In this document: positions 1 through 8,901 of the stretch, piece by piece
Position numbering within the stretch: position 1 is the stretch's first letter
Layout: each line of letters begins with the position of its first letter
Origin: Escherichia coli
GTDB taxonomy: Bacteria; Pseudomonadota; Gammaproteobacteria; Enterobacterales; Enterobacteriaceae
Reading direction: 5' to 3' (one strand)
Length of the DNA: 23,492 nt
Assembly: GCF_003334765.1 (NCBI RefSeq)
Contig: NZ_QOWT01000046.1
Position numbers and translations under genes: made by a program
The notes under the pieces: model-generated
What the model was told of the DNA's origin: nothing
Database searches by the model: none
The model's input: only the letters and a program-made list of their open reading frames with translations

Positions 1-775
1 AGAGAGCGTAGGCCAGTTCGTCATCCAGTGTTTTCCATGTCTGCTTGTATTCGCGATGAATGGCAGCAATGACCGGGTTGATTTTTCCTGTTGAATTTTC
101 AGTGTGCTGTTGATTGGCTCTGGCGCGGGCGAGATCAACAACAGACGTGTATTTTCCGGCTTCCTTGCGTTCACCTTCGCGACGTTTTTTCCAGATGCGC
201 ATCTCTGCCTGAATTTCGGGCCATTTGGCACCAGGCTTACATTTATGCTTAACCCACCCGATGGCATGCAGCTTAAGCTCCGGATACATGGCGTTAACTT
301 CTGGCATTTTCATCAACGCTTCAACGATATGTCCGTCGAATGTTGCCATGTCTTCCTGCAACAGTTCCTGCGCGCTAATAACCATATCAACGGTGATGTT
401 TTCACATGTGTCGAACTTAACCATGACAGCGTTCTGTACTTCAGGGGCCAGCTTGTCAAAAGTGACGTTCATCGGATCGGATTCAGTCTCAACCGGGACA
501 AAGGAAGCAGACGCCTCATCCCAGCGGTTTTCCTGCATATATTCAGCATCCCAGGAATCTAGGGCAGGGCGGGGTATACCGGGTTTATCCTCGCAGACAA
601 GAAATTTATAAGCGCAGTCCTGAGCAGCCGGATAATGTTCCAGGAATTGCCAGTGAAATTTTGCGCGGGCGCGACGTTCATCACCGGCTTCAATGGCAGT
701 GGCTACAGCGACTGCACCTTCTTCCTTTATTGCCTGTTCGTCCGGAATGGCGGCGCAAATAAAGACTTTACTCAT
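1..775 (-). CDS. Prophage early-left-operon protein, 3' end beyond window start (YdfE-like by synteny); function unknown
   Basis: Minus-strand ATG at 773-775 with GAGG Shine-Dalgarno (SD) upstream; N-terminus MSKVFICAAIPDEQAIKEEG translated by hand; frame checked open only over bases 1-61 and 722-775, the interior inferred from absence of any closed minus ORF in the track. Absent from the ORF track because it is incomplete. Lies downstream of dicB and the small YdfD-like gene, as in Qin. Confidence 0.55.
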   Translation of the reverse strand, partial: MSKVFICAAIPDEQAIKEEGAVAVATAIEAGDERRARAKFHWQFLEHYPAAQDCAYKFLVCEDKPGIPRPALDSWDAEYMQENRWDEASASFVPVETESDPMNVTFDKLAPEVQNAVMVKFDTCENITVDMVISAQELLQEDMATFDGHIVEALMKMPEVNAMYPELKLHAIGWVKHKCKPGAKWPEIQAEMRIWKKRREGERKEAGKYTSVVDLARARANQQHTENSTGKINPVIAAIHREYKQTWKTLDDELAYAL

Positions 776-867
776 TTTGTTTTACCTCATTACAGATTTA
801 AGGGTGAACAAATCCCTGCCATTGCTGGCATATAAGAATGAAACCGGATATTTATTACGGAACTGTT

Positions 868-1059
868 TTAAAGACCTGCCGGGATTTCGTTATTATCCTG
901 GTGAATAACTTTATCGACCGGGTAACAGTTACCGGGAATTTTCTGTTCGGTTGCTGCAGTCACACACTCCTGCATTGTCCTGTGAACACTGACTGCAATA
1001 TCAACTGGCTCTCCGGAAACAAGAAAAACTGTCAGAACAAGTGCAAATGCTGTATTCAT
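868..1059 (-). CDS. Small protein with hydrophobic N-terminus (63 aa), YdfD-like by size and position
   Basis: ATG at 1057-1059 overlaps the TGA stop of dicB (ATGA coupling); AGGA SD 8 nt upstream; product MNTAFALVLTVFLVSGEPVD... has a signal/TM-like N-terminus. The longer track ORF (868..1113) is trimmed to the SD-supported start. Confidence 0.55.
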   Translation of the reverse strand: MNTAFALVLTVFLVSGEPVDIAVSVHRTMQECVTAATEQKIPGNCYPVDKVIHQDNNEIPAGL

Positions 1060-1244
1060 TGTGCACATCCTTTTTGTATCGGACGTAAACGGGCCAGCAT
1101 TGAAAGAATGCATATTTTATTTAATAACTCCCGTTCGTGTTTTCTCTTGTTAATGGCATCTTCAGTAAATACAGGGTTACTGATAGTGACACCAATTTCA
1201 AAACAACCTTCAGACGTATTAACGTTTGGTAATAACGTTTCCAT
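1056..1244 (-). CDS. dicB: Cell-division inhibitor DicB (62 aa)
   Basis: Internal Met of track ORF 1056..1349 with GAGGA SD 7 nt upstream; product METLLPNVNTSEGCFEIGVTISNPVFTEDAINKRKHERELLNKICILSMLARLRPIQKGCAQ matches my recollection of DicB in sequence and length; sits immediately downstream of DicF as in the Qin dicB operon. Confidence 0.75.
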   Translation of the reverse strand: METLLPNVNTSEGCFEIGVTISNPVFTEDAINKRKHERELLNKICILSMLARLRPIQKGCAQ

Positions 1245-1413
1245 TATCGCGTCCTCAACAATGAATTTTGTGATGCGGTGCCTGGTGCCTCCAGGTGACG
1301 TTAACCAGTTAACAATTAACGCCGGATACAGAGAATCCACCCATAACACTGTTTTTGGTTTTAACTGTTCCGCGTGCGCTGAGCCGCATTCACCGCATCA
1401 CAAAATTCACTTT

Positions 1414-1471
1414 AAAAAGGGCGGCAGAGCAGTCACGGAGTAAAACTGATACCGCCAAACGTCACCAGAAA
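1414..1471 (-). ncRNA. dicF: DicF small regulatory RNA (53-nt core 1419-1471 plus U-tract)
   Basis: Reverse complement of 1419-1471 reads TTTCTGGTGACGTTTGGCGGTATCAGTTTTACTCCGTGACTGCTCTGCCGCCC, which matches DicF as I recall it, followed by TTTTT; located just upstream of dicB. Confidence 0.85.
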
Positions 1472-1802
1472 ATTGATAACAGAGGGCGTTGCAGCGGGGT
1501 TGTCGCTTAAGCGTATGGTCAACCTGACAACCCGGTGTCCTCAACGGGGAAGGAATAACCCCGCCATACTTACCGCCGCGCCATTTCGCGGAGTGCCACA
1601 ACCGGAAGCGCACGGTCGAACTAAATTTAACGACACCGTACAGAGAGACCAATTTCGCCGTGCGCTTTCGCGTTATGCCCTGACTTTTCAGGGACATATC
1701 CTTTCAGTAAACTGTCAGTGCCGGATGTTCACCCGTGTCCGGCGCACGCACTCCACCTGACCCGTGGAGAACTCCTTAATTACCAACCCTCAGGAGGGTG
1801 AA

Positions 1803-2081
1803 ATGGATAAAAAGCAAATTGAGGCCCTGCAATCTATTATTGAAAAACAAGATGAAGCTATCAGGATTCTTTCATATCGCACTGATATGATACTAAATAT
1901 GCTTTCTGCATTAACGGCTGCGCTTGGTGGTACAAAAACAAACGTATACCGCGAAGTTGTTATTCAACAGATAGATAAATTTGAAAAAACCATACCAGGT
2001 ATTAATGCTCATCTTGCAGAACAAGAGAAAGACCATGCTCTTATGGCAATTTCTTCAGTAGCTCTCCCGAAAGTTGAGTAG
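1803..2081 (+). CDS. Hypothetical small helical protein (92 aa), AT-rich, opposite in orientation to the surrounding operon
   Basis: ATG at 1803 preceded by AGGAGGG SD at about 5 nt; product MDKKQIEALQSIIEKQDEAIRILSYRTDMILNML...; visibly AT-rich; 3' end overlaps the convergent minus ORF 2041..2454 by 41 nt. Confidence 0.5.
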   Translation: MDKKQIEALQSIIEKQDEAIRILSYRTDMILNMLSALTAALGGTKTNVYREVVIQQIDKFEKTIPGINAHLAEQEKDHALMAISSVALPKVE

Positions 2082-2454
2082 TTTTAATTGTTGTTTTGAA
2101 ATAATCACTGCTTTCACATTTGAGTGATTTCATGGCAATCCAAATGCGGGCCTCTGTGCCTGCATTTGGTTCCAGTTGCTGTAGACGTTTTGCGTCTTCC
2201 AAAAGTAAGGCGATAATGTGTTTCAGCTTCTCATCATTTGCTTGATTCTTGTTTTCAGGCGAATTCTGTCCGCCGAATAGGCGCTTCTCTTCATACAGAC
2301 CTATAAAGGCACGACGCACGTTACCGGATATAGTATCGATGGTTTCTTTTTCTACGGTACTCAGGTCAAGAGTCGCCAGTTGAGAGCGAACCACATTCGA
2401 TGCCATTTCCTGGAATGGTACTGGTAAATCTTTAAATTCCATCGTCAACCTCAT
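2041..2454 (-). CDS. Hypothetical early-left-operon protein (137 aa)
   Basis: Complete minus ORF; its ATG (2452-2454) overlaps the TGA of the upstream ORF (TGATG coupling); a second in-frame ATG lies at 2440-2442. No recognisable motif. Confidence 0.5.
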   Translation of the reverse strand: MRLTMEFKDLPVPFQEMASNVVRSQLATLDLSTVEKETIDTISGNVRRAFIGLYEEKRLFGGQNSPENKNQANDEKLKHIIALLLEDAKRLQQLEPNAGTEARIWIAMKSLKCESSDYFKTTIKTTQLSGELLKKLP

Positions 2455-2687
2455 CAGTCAGTGTTTCTGGTTAACCAGCGACGCGCGCCAGCTTCAGTTT
2501 TAAACGTTTTGCTTCTGGTATACGTCATCGCGGTAAACGTGCCGTCCTGGTTGGGGAACACGCCACATACCAGAGATTCGTTGTTGCCAAGATTGAGCAT
2601 ATCCATGTTGACCTCATTTCCCCTTAACGCCGGGGTAGCGGAACAAAAACCTGCTGCATAGTTATTAAAGTTGAACCCTGCCGTCAT
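2454..2687 (-). CDS. Hypothetical small protein (77 aa, or 50 aa from the internal Met with GAGG SD); possibly YdfA/YdaF-like
   Basis: First minus ORF downstream of the repressor gene; internal start MDMLNLGNNESLVCGVFPNQDGTF... has a better SD than the first ATG. Family assignment is recollection only. Confidence 0.45.
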   Translation of the reverse strand: MTAGFNFNNYAAGFCSATPALRGNEVNMDMLNLGNNESLVCGVFPNQDGTFTAMTYTRSKTFKTEAGARRWLTRNTD

Positions 2688-2792
2688 GTTCTTACGCCTC
2701 GGGCTGGCTACTTAACCCCTGACCACTGCCTGGTAACTCGAAGTATTGCCCTGCATTCTGTGGGGCGGGGTGGGTTGGTATGAAAAGAAGGA

Positions 2793-2829
2793 TACCCATA
2801 GGTATTTAAAAAGTAAATACCTATGGGTA
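2793..2829. promoter_or_regulatory. Perfect 16-bp inverted repeat (TACCCATAGGTATTTA / TAAATACCTATGGGTA), candidate left operator and/or bidirectional terminator
   Basis: Arms at 2793-2808 and 2814-2829 are exact reverse complements; T-rich runs follow on both strands; lies about 40 bp past the repressor stop and upstream of the leftward operon. Confidence 0.5.
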
Positions 2830-2871
2830 AATTTTTGCGGTGTCTTAACTGGTGACTAGTTGTTTGGTGAG

Positions 2872-3291
2872 CTATGATGCGTTTTGTGCTTTCTTTTTAC
2901 GGATTTCTTCGTAGATCATATTGTAATACTGTTTTTTCTCTTCAAGAGTTTTTAATAATTTATCCGCTTCACTTTCTGGCAGTTCGTCTAAGAGATCTAA
3001 AAAAATACGTTGTCGTGGCGTTAGAACCCTTGTTTCATAACTGGAGGCTGTGTTCGTTGATGATGAAACGATACCATCCATCCATCCCCGGGGTAACCCA
3101 AAGGACTCTTCGATAATCTCCACCATATCATCAGCGATCCGTTTTTTTCCCTTTTTCCCCTCTGGGTACAACATTCTTGATACATAAGAAGGCTCGCGCC
3201 CGATCTTTCTGGCCACGTTAACCGCTTTACCATCGCATTTCTCATCACGAATTTTGATGAGTTGCTGTCGTCTAAATTCATATTTGTCCAT
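2872..3291 (-). CDS. Prophage repressor (cI/DicA-like HTH protein, 139 aa)
   Basis: Divergent from the Cro-like gene across an operator-bearing intergenic region; HTH-like segment KAVNVARKIGREPSYVSRML; C-terminal LPESEADKLLKTLEEKK resembles the DicA C-terminus as I recall it. Confidence 0.7.
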   Translation of the reverse strand: MDKYEFRRQQLIKIRDEKCDGKAVNVARKIGREPSYVSRMLYPEGKKGKKRIADDMVEIIEESFGLPRGWMDGIVSSSTNTASSYETRVLTPRQRIFLDLLDELPESEADKLLKTLEEKKQYYNMIYEEIRKKKAQNAS

Positions 3292-3391
3292 AGGTAAATA
3301 ATAGATGCGATTACCGCAAGGTAAACAACCTGTGGGTATTGACTTTTGTTTACCTGTGGGTATTCTTTGCTGTGTTTACTAAGGAGTAGCT
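3292..3391. promoter_or_regulatory. Divergent promoter/operator region (right-operator-like)
   Basis: Direct repeats CCTGTGGGTAT (x2); TTGACT, 16-nt spacer, TATTCT promoter-like elements facing the Cro-like gene; AAGGAG SD before the ATG at 3392. Confidence 0.55.
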
Positions 3392-3673
3392 ATGGAAGAA
3401 TTAAGAATATTTCTCAATTCTCTTTCGTCAGATGAACAGCGTATGTTTGCATGCGAGTGTGGTACCAGCATCGGTTATCTAAGAAAGGCATTGAGTAAAG
3501 GTCAAGTGTTAGGGGCATCGTTATGTGTCCTTATTGAGCGAGCCAGTAATGGTGAAGTTACACGTCAGCAACTAAGGCCTTTTGATTGGATGAATATTTG
3601 GCCCGAGCTGGAAGATACCAAAACGTTAACACAACCACTTTCTAGGAGCTTGATTCATGAAAATCAAGCATGA
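3392..3673 (+). CDS. Cro/YdaS-like HTH regulator (93 aa)
   Basis: Strong AAGGAG SD; first gene of the rightward operon; segment GYLRKALSKGQVLGASLCVLIERASNGEVTRQQLRP resembles the YdaS family by recollection. Confidence 0.7.
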   Translation: MEELRIFLNSLSSDEQRMFACECGTSIGYLRKALSKGQVLGASLCVLIERASNGEVTRQQLRPFDWMNIWPELEDTKTLTQPLSRSLIHENQA

Positions 3674-4082
3674 ACACATCCGCATGGCGATGAATGTCTG
3701 GGCGCATCCGGACGGCGAAAAAGTGCCGGCTGCGAAAATTACCAAAGCGTATTTCGAGCTGGGAATGACGTTCCCGGAACTGTATGACGACAGCCATCCG
3801 GAAGCCCTGGCCCGTAATACCCAGAAAATTTTCCGTTGGCTGGATAAAGACACCCCTGATGCTGTTGAAAAAATGCAGGCTCTGTTACCGGCGATCGAAA
3901 AGGCGATGCCGCCTTTGCTGGTGGCCCGTATGCGCAGCCACAGTTCTGAATATTACCGTGAGATCGTCGAACGGAGGGATCGGCTGGTGAAGGATGTCGA
4001 TGATTTTGTTGCGTCAGCGGTTGTTTTGTATGACCAGATGAATCGCGGCGGCCCGGCAGGGAATGCTGTGGTGATGCACTAA
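3657..4082 (+). CDS. YdaT-like protein (141 aa; family annotated as putative toxin or cII-like regulator)
   Basis: AGGAG SD; overlaps the Cro-like gene by 17 nt; size and position match Rac YdaT downstream of YdaS. Confidence 0.65.
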   Translation: MKIKHEHIRMAMNVWAHPDGEKVPAAKITKAYFELGMTFPELYDDSHPEALARNTQKIFRWLDKDTPDAVEKMQALLPAIEKAMPPLLVARMRSHSSEYYREIVERRDRLVKDVDDFVASAVVLYDQMNRGGPAGNAVVMH

Positions 4083-4089
4083 AAGCACG

Positions 4090-5067
4090 GTGTTCGGGGG
4101 TTTTATGAGCAGCAAGCTTCATGGTCTTGTCTGGGAAGGGTGCGCCTTCACCGGCATGATCTTATCCAGGGTGGCGGTTATGGCCCGTCTTGCAGACTAC
4201 AGCAATGACGAGGGCGTGTCATGGCCTGCCATTGAAACTATCCGGCGTCAGATCGGTGCAAGAAGTGAATCCACAGTGAAATCGGCTATTGCAGAACTGG
4301 CGAAAGAGGGCTGGCTGACGAAGGAAGAGCGTAAGGTCGGTGGGCGTAATGTAAGCAATATCTATCGGCTTAATGTGGAAAAACTCGAAGCAGCTGCGGC
4401 GGCGGCGCGTGAGTCATATAAACCGAAAAGAAAAATTAGCCCGGCAAAAAATGACCCGTTAACAGTTGACCCGTCAAATATTGCCCCCTCAACGGTTGAC
4501 CCGTCAAATTTTGATGGATCAACTGTTGATAAAAAACTGCCGATTAGGGGGCCGATGATTGACCCCGATCCGTCAGTATTAAAACCTGATCCGTCAGATA
4601 AAAGATCTTCTTGTCCGGACGCTTCGCAACCGGACCCGCAGACGGCTGAACAGGATTTTTTAACCCGACACCCTGACGCGGTTGTGTTCAGTGCGAAAAA
4701 ACGCCAGTGGGGAAGTCAGGAAGATTTGGTGTGCGCACAGTGGATCTGGGGACGAATCGTGAGTCTTTACGAGCAGGCGGCCAGCTATGATGGCGAGATC
4801 ACTAGACCGAAAGAACCCAACTGGACAGCATGGGCCAATGACGTTCGCACAATGCGGATGCTGGATGGCAGAACTCACAGACAAATTTGTGAAATGTTTG
4901 GGCGTCTCCAGCGGGATTCGTTCTGGGTAAAAAACATCATGAGTCCGGCAAAACTCCGGGAAAAATGGGATGAACTGGTTATCCGCCTGGGGCGTTCGCC
5001 TGCGCAGCGTTGCGTGAATCACATTTCTGAACCGGACACTGAAATTCCGCCGGGCTTCAGGGGGTAA
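4090..5067 (+). CDS. Replication initiator (O-like, N-terminal winged-helix; start GTG 4090 or ATG 4105)
   Basis: N-terminal LSRVAVMARLADYSNDEGVSWPAIETIRRQIGARSESTVKSAIAELAKEGWL is typical of phage replication initiators; a Pro/Asp-rich repetitive linker is encoded by iteron-like DNA repeats. Confidence 0.7.
   Translation: MFGGFMSSKLHGLVWEGCAFTGMILSRVAVMARLADYSNDEGVSWPAIETIRRQIGARSESTVKSAIAELAKEGWLTKEERKVGGRNVSNIYRLNVEKLEAAAAAARESYKPKRKISPAKNDPLTVDPSNIAPSTVDPSNFDGSTVDKKLPIRGPMIDPDPSVLKPDPSDKRSSCPDASQPDPQTAEQDFLTRHPDAVVFSAKKRQWGSQEDLVCAQWIWGRIVSLYEQAASYDGEITRPKEPNWTAWANDVRTMRMLDGRTHRQICEMFGRLQRDSFWVKNIMSPAKLREKWDELVIRLGRSPAQRCVNHISEPDTEIPPGFRG
4450..4600. repeat. Iteron-like repeats inside the replication gene (candidate ori)
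   Basis: GTTGACCCGTCAAAT at 4465-4479 and 4495-4509 (30-bp spacing); related TGACCCGTTAAC at about 4452; palindromic TCAACTGTTGA at about 4520; TGATCCGTCAG x2 at about 4566 and 4586. Confidence 0.55.
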
Positions 5068-5211
5068 GTGTTAATTTCTGGTCATGAGGTAATTTTCAGG
5101 AGGGCTTGTGGCAAAAGTTTTTACACAAGAAGAGCGGGAAAAAATTAAAGGGCAGGTTGTTGAACTCGTACGCCAGAGTGGGCGCGAGACGTTACGACAA
5201 CTGGAAACTAA

Positions 5212-6407
<1,196 letters not shown>

Positions 6408-6861
6408 CTAATACTGGGGCAACAAGATATCTGATGAGCGTTCTGGCCAGAGAGCTGGTTGCCAGTGGCGATGTATACAACTCTGGTTACGGGTTATTCC
6501 CGTCTGAACAGGCGCGTAAGGACTGGCAAAATGCCCGTAAAAAGCTCTCAAGGGCAAAGCTGAAGAAACCATCTGCGGTTGATCCGGACCTTATCTGGTC
6601 ATTACCTGACGGAGAAATACGTCGCTACGACAGGCGTCAGAACATAATCTGTCGCGAGTGCCGGAAGAGTGAAGTTATGCAGCGCATATTGTCGTTTTAT
6701 CAGGGTGATGTTCGGTATTTATTGAAGTGACGAGATTAAAGTGCATTAGTTCAGATGCAAATTGACATTTTGTGGCACAGGGTAGAGCTAGCGTGGTTGT
6801 CCGCTTTGTGCCAATAGCGGACATTGCTGGCTCATGGTATGTTAGTTTAAGGAGGCAGGTT

Positions 6862-7884
6862 ATGCCCTGTATTTCGCTGTGGTATAATAGTTGCGCAATT
6901 GATACAAGGGAGCGTTACATCGTGAAAATTGTTTTCGAGGTTAATGGAAAGAAAGTTCCACTAAAATCTTTAAAATACATAAGCAAAAAAGATCAACTCG
7001 AAGTAATGAAAAACTGGTTCTTTGAAAACTTTGAAGATCCGGCAAATGCTTGTCCGTATGAAAGTAGAGAAGGTGGCTATGCTTACATATATGGCGGGCC
7101 GTATGATGCGAGCGAAGAACTACAATCCATCTTCGGTCAATATGTTAAATCTGAGTATATTGAGGAATTAGTAGATGAATTACAAACACAATGTTTTGAC
7201 TGGTCTGGAAACTCAAATAATATAGATGATTGGTACGATGATGATATCTACGACGCTGTAACGTCTTCCGGTAATCCGTATTTAAAATTCATTGATAATA
7301 TCGATAAAATAAAAAAACTTGCAAAAGATAAAACTGAACAACAGCAAAAAAACCACTTGCTTAGTTTGCTCTACACGAATGTTATTACAGCTTTGGAAAC
7401 GCTTTATGTTGAGCTATTCATTAATTCTATAGAGAAAGATGATGTCTACATAGCCAATTGTATAGAAAAAGGTAAGACTGAATTTAAAGTAAGCAAAGAT
7501 ATTGCTGCGTTGCCTTTCAAGGGTGAACCCATCGAGAAAATTAGGGGAGAGCTAATCAGGTCAATCAAGGAACACTTGATCAGTGCAAGCTGGCATAGCA
7601 CTAAAAAGGTAATCGACCGCTATGAAGCTACATTCGATATAAAAGTACAAAAAGACTGTCCGATAGAAGCTATTGAATTGGCAACCCTCAATCGAAATCA
7701 CTTAGTGCATCGTGGTGGAAAGGATAAAGAAGGGAACCTCGTAGTGATTACAGACCAGGATCTTGAAACGCTGATTGAAAATGCATCGAACCTGGCAATT
7801 ATGCTCTACAACAGTTTAAATGTAGCAACGAATAAAACCACCATTTTGCAACCAGATGACAAACCGTTCATTCATGAATTTTAA
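6862..7884 (+). CDS. Hypothetical cargo protein with a C-terminal HEPN-like R-x4-H motif (start ATG 6862, or GTG 6922)
   Basis: Visibly AT-rich; GGAGG SD 6 nt before ATG 6862; an extended -10 TGGTATAAT at 6879-6887 suggests the GTG 6922 start instead; RNHLVH at nt 7693-7710 within a helical C-terminal region. Confidence 0.6.
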   Translation: MPCISLWYNSCAIDTRERYIVKIVFEVNGKKVPLKSLKYISKKDQLEVMKNWFFENFEDPANACPYESREGGYAYIYGGPYDASEELQSIFGQYVKSEYIEELVDELQTQCFDWSGNSNNIDDWYDDDIYDAVTSSGNPYLKFIDNIDKIKKLAKDKTEQQQKNHLLSLLYTNVITALETLYVELFINSIEKDDVYIANCIEKGKTEFKVSKDIAALPFKGEPIEKIRGELIRSIKEHLISASWHSTKKVIDRYEATFDIKVQKDCPIEAIELATLNRNHLVHRGGKDKEGNLVVITDQDLETLIENASNLAIMLYNSLNVATNKTTILQPDDKPFIHEF

Positions 7885-7899
7885 TAGCGCAGGTCATAC

Positions 7900-8901
7900 A
7901 TGGATATTCGCACACGAAAGACAAAATTTTTAGAGTCGTTAGATTCAACTGAAGTGATACGCAAAGCAGTAAGTCTCGCTATAGATTGCATTATTGATAA
8001 TCATAATAGTAATGAAGATACCCCCTTAGTTATTACCAGCTATGATGATCTCTGTAGAATCCAGGTGCTAAATTATGTACAGGAGTTTTGCGAAGCTGCA
8101 TTCCCTGATATGGATGAATATTACTTTAGTCCTAACATACTTCGCATCAACGGCAAGACTAGTGAAGAAGCTTGTATTAACTTAATTAAACTCTTAAGAA
8201 GTACAAAAGGCATGCTATTCTGGTCCGATGCCCCATCGTGGTTCGCTAGCCTCCCCGACGGATTATTCCATGTTGTTAACATTGATCAAAAAATCGTTAC
8301 TCGCGGCCTTAATAAGAAAAACTCTAAGCCGACAATAATCAATAAAGATTACAGTGTAGATACACTACTATCAGAGCTATTTTTGAATGGCGCACACATG
8401 GAGCAACCCAACGTACACAACGTTTCTGAGGGAAACATGAAGTTCTATGATGAATGCCATGCTGGATTAATCAGACCAATACCCGCTCCAATAGGCGCGT
8501 CATACGATGAAGAGATCACAATTAATTCTCCAGATTGGCAAAAGCTCGCGTGTGTAGCTTTACGCCGCTATCAGTCGAAGGAATGTCATGACGGAATGCA
8601 ATGGGATACAACCGATCATGGTTGGACTGATGTAATCGCGTATCCATTCGTCGAAGAAATACAATCAATGGATAATAGTGGTTATCGACAATGTTTAGTT
8701 GGGCTGGTCACAATAAACAATTCAAATGCAAATTCTCCGTACCTATCTACCGTTTGGATACATCTATTTTATCGCAGGAGAGGGTTATTAAGTAAGTTAT
8801 GGCCAAAATTACAAGAGTTATATGGAAGTAACTTCGAAATTGAGCGACCTAATGAAAATATGAAAGCATTTCTGAAAAGTGCGAAACACGCAGATTACTA
8901 A
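7900..8901 (+). CDS. Hypothetical cargo protein (333 aa), partner of the preceding gene
   Basis: Same strand, 15-bp gap, same AT-rich composition; C-terminal LSTVWIHLFYRRRGLLSKLWPKL loosely resembles a GNAT-type beta-strand/R-x-x-G motif (weak). Confidence 0.6.
   Translation: MDIRTRKTKFLESLDSTEVIRKAVSLAIDCIIDNHNSNEDTPLVITSYDDLCRIQVLNYVQEFCEAAFPDMDEYYFSPNILRINGKTSEEACINLIKLLRSTKGMLFWSDAPSWFASLPDGLFHVVNIDQKIVTRGLNKKNSKPTIINKDYSVDTLLSELFLNGAHMEQPNVHNVSEGNMKFYDECHAGLIRPIPAPIGASYDEEITINSPDWQKLACVALRRYQSKECHDGMQWDTTDHGWTDVIAYPFVEEIQSMDNSGYRQCLVGLVTINNSNANSPYLSTVWIHLFYRRRGLLSKLWPKLQELYGSNFEIERPNENMKAFLKSAKHADY

Noticed and set aside
104-611. Plus-strand ORFs 104..562 and 225..611
   Set aside because: They lie antisense to the minus-strand gene that runs from 775 off the window edge, which has an SD and plausible N-terminus; they have no SD or recognisable motif.
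838-1443. Plus-strand 201-aa ORF 838..1443
   Set aside because: Antisense to the SD-supported dicB and YdfD-like genes and to DicF; low-complexity product.
1407-1760. ORFs 1407..1697 (minus) and 1473..1760 (plus) in the GC-rich segment
   Set aside because: The minus ORF overlaps the DicF RNA and both strands show open frames, which is typical of GC-rich non-coding sequence; more likely the structured precursor region of the dicF transcript.
4441-4600. Possible CRISPR array or tandem-repeat locus
   Set aside because: The repeats are short, few, imperfect and lie inside a coding frame with iteron-like symmetry; there are no regularly spaced unique spacers and no cas genes anywhere in the window.
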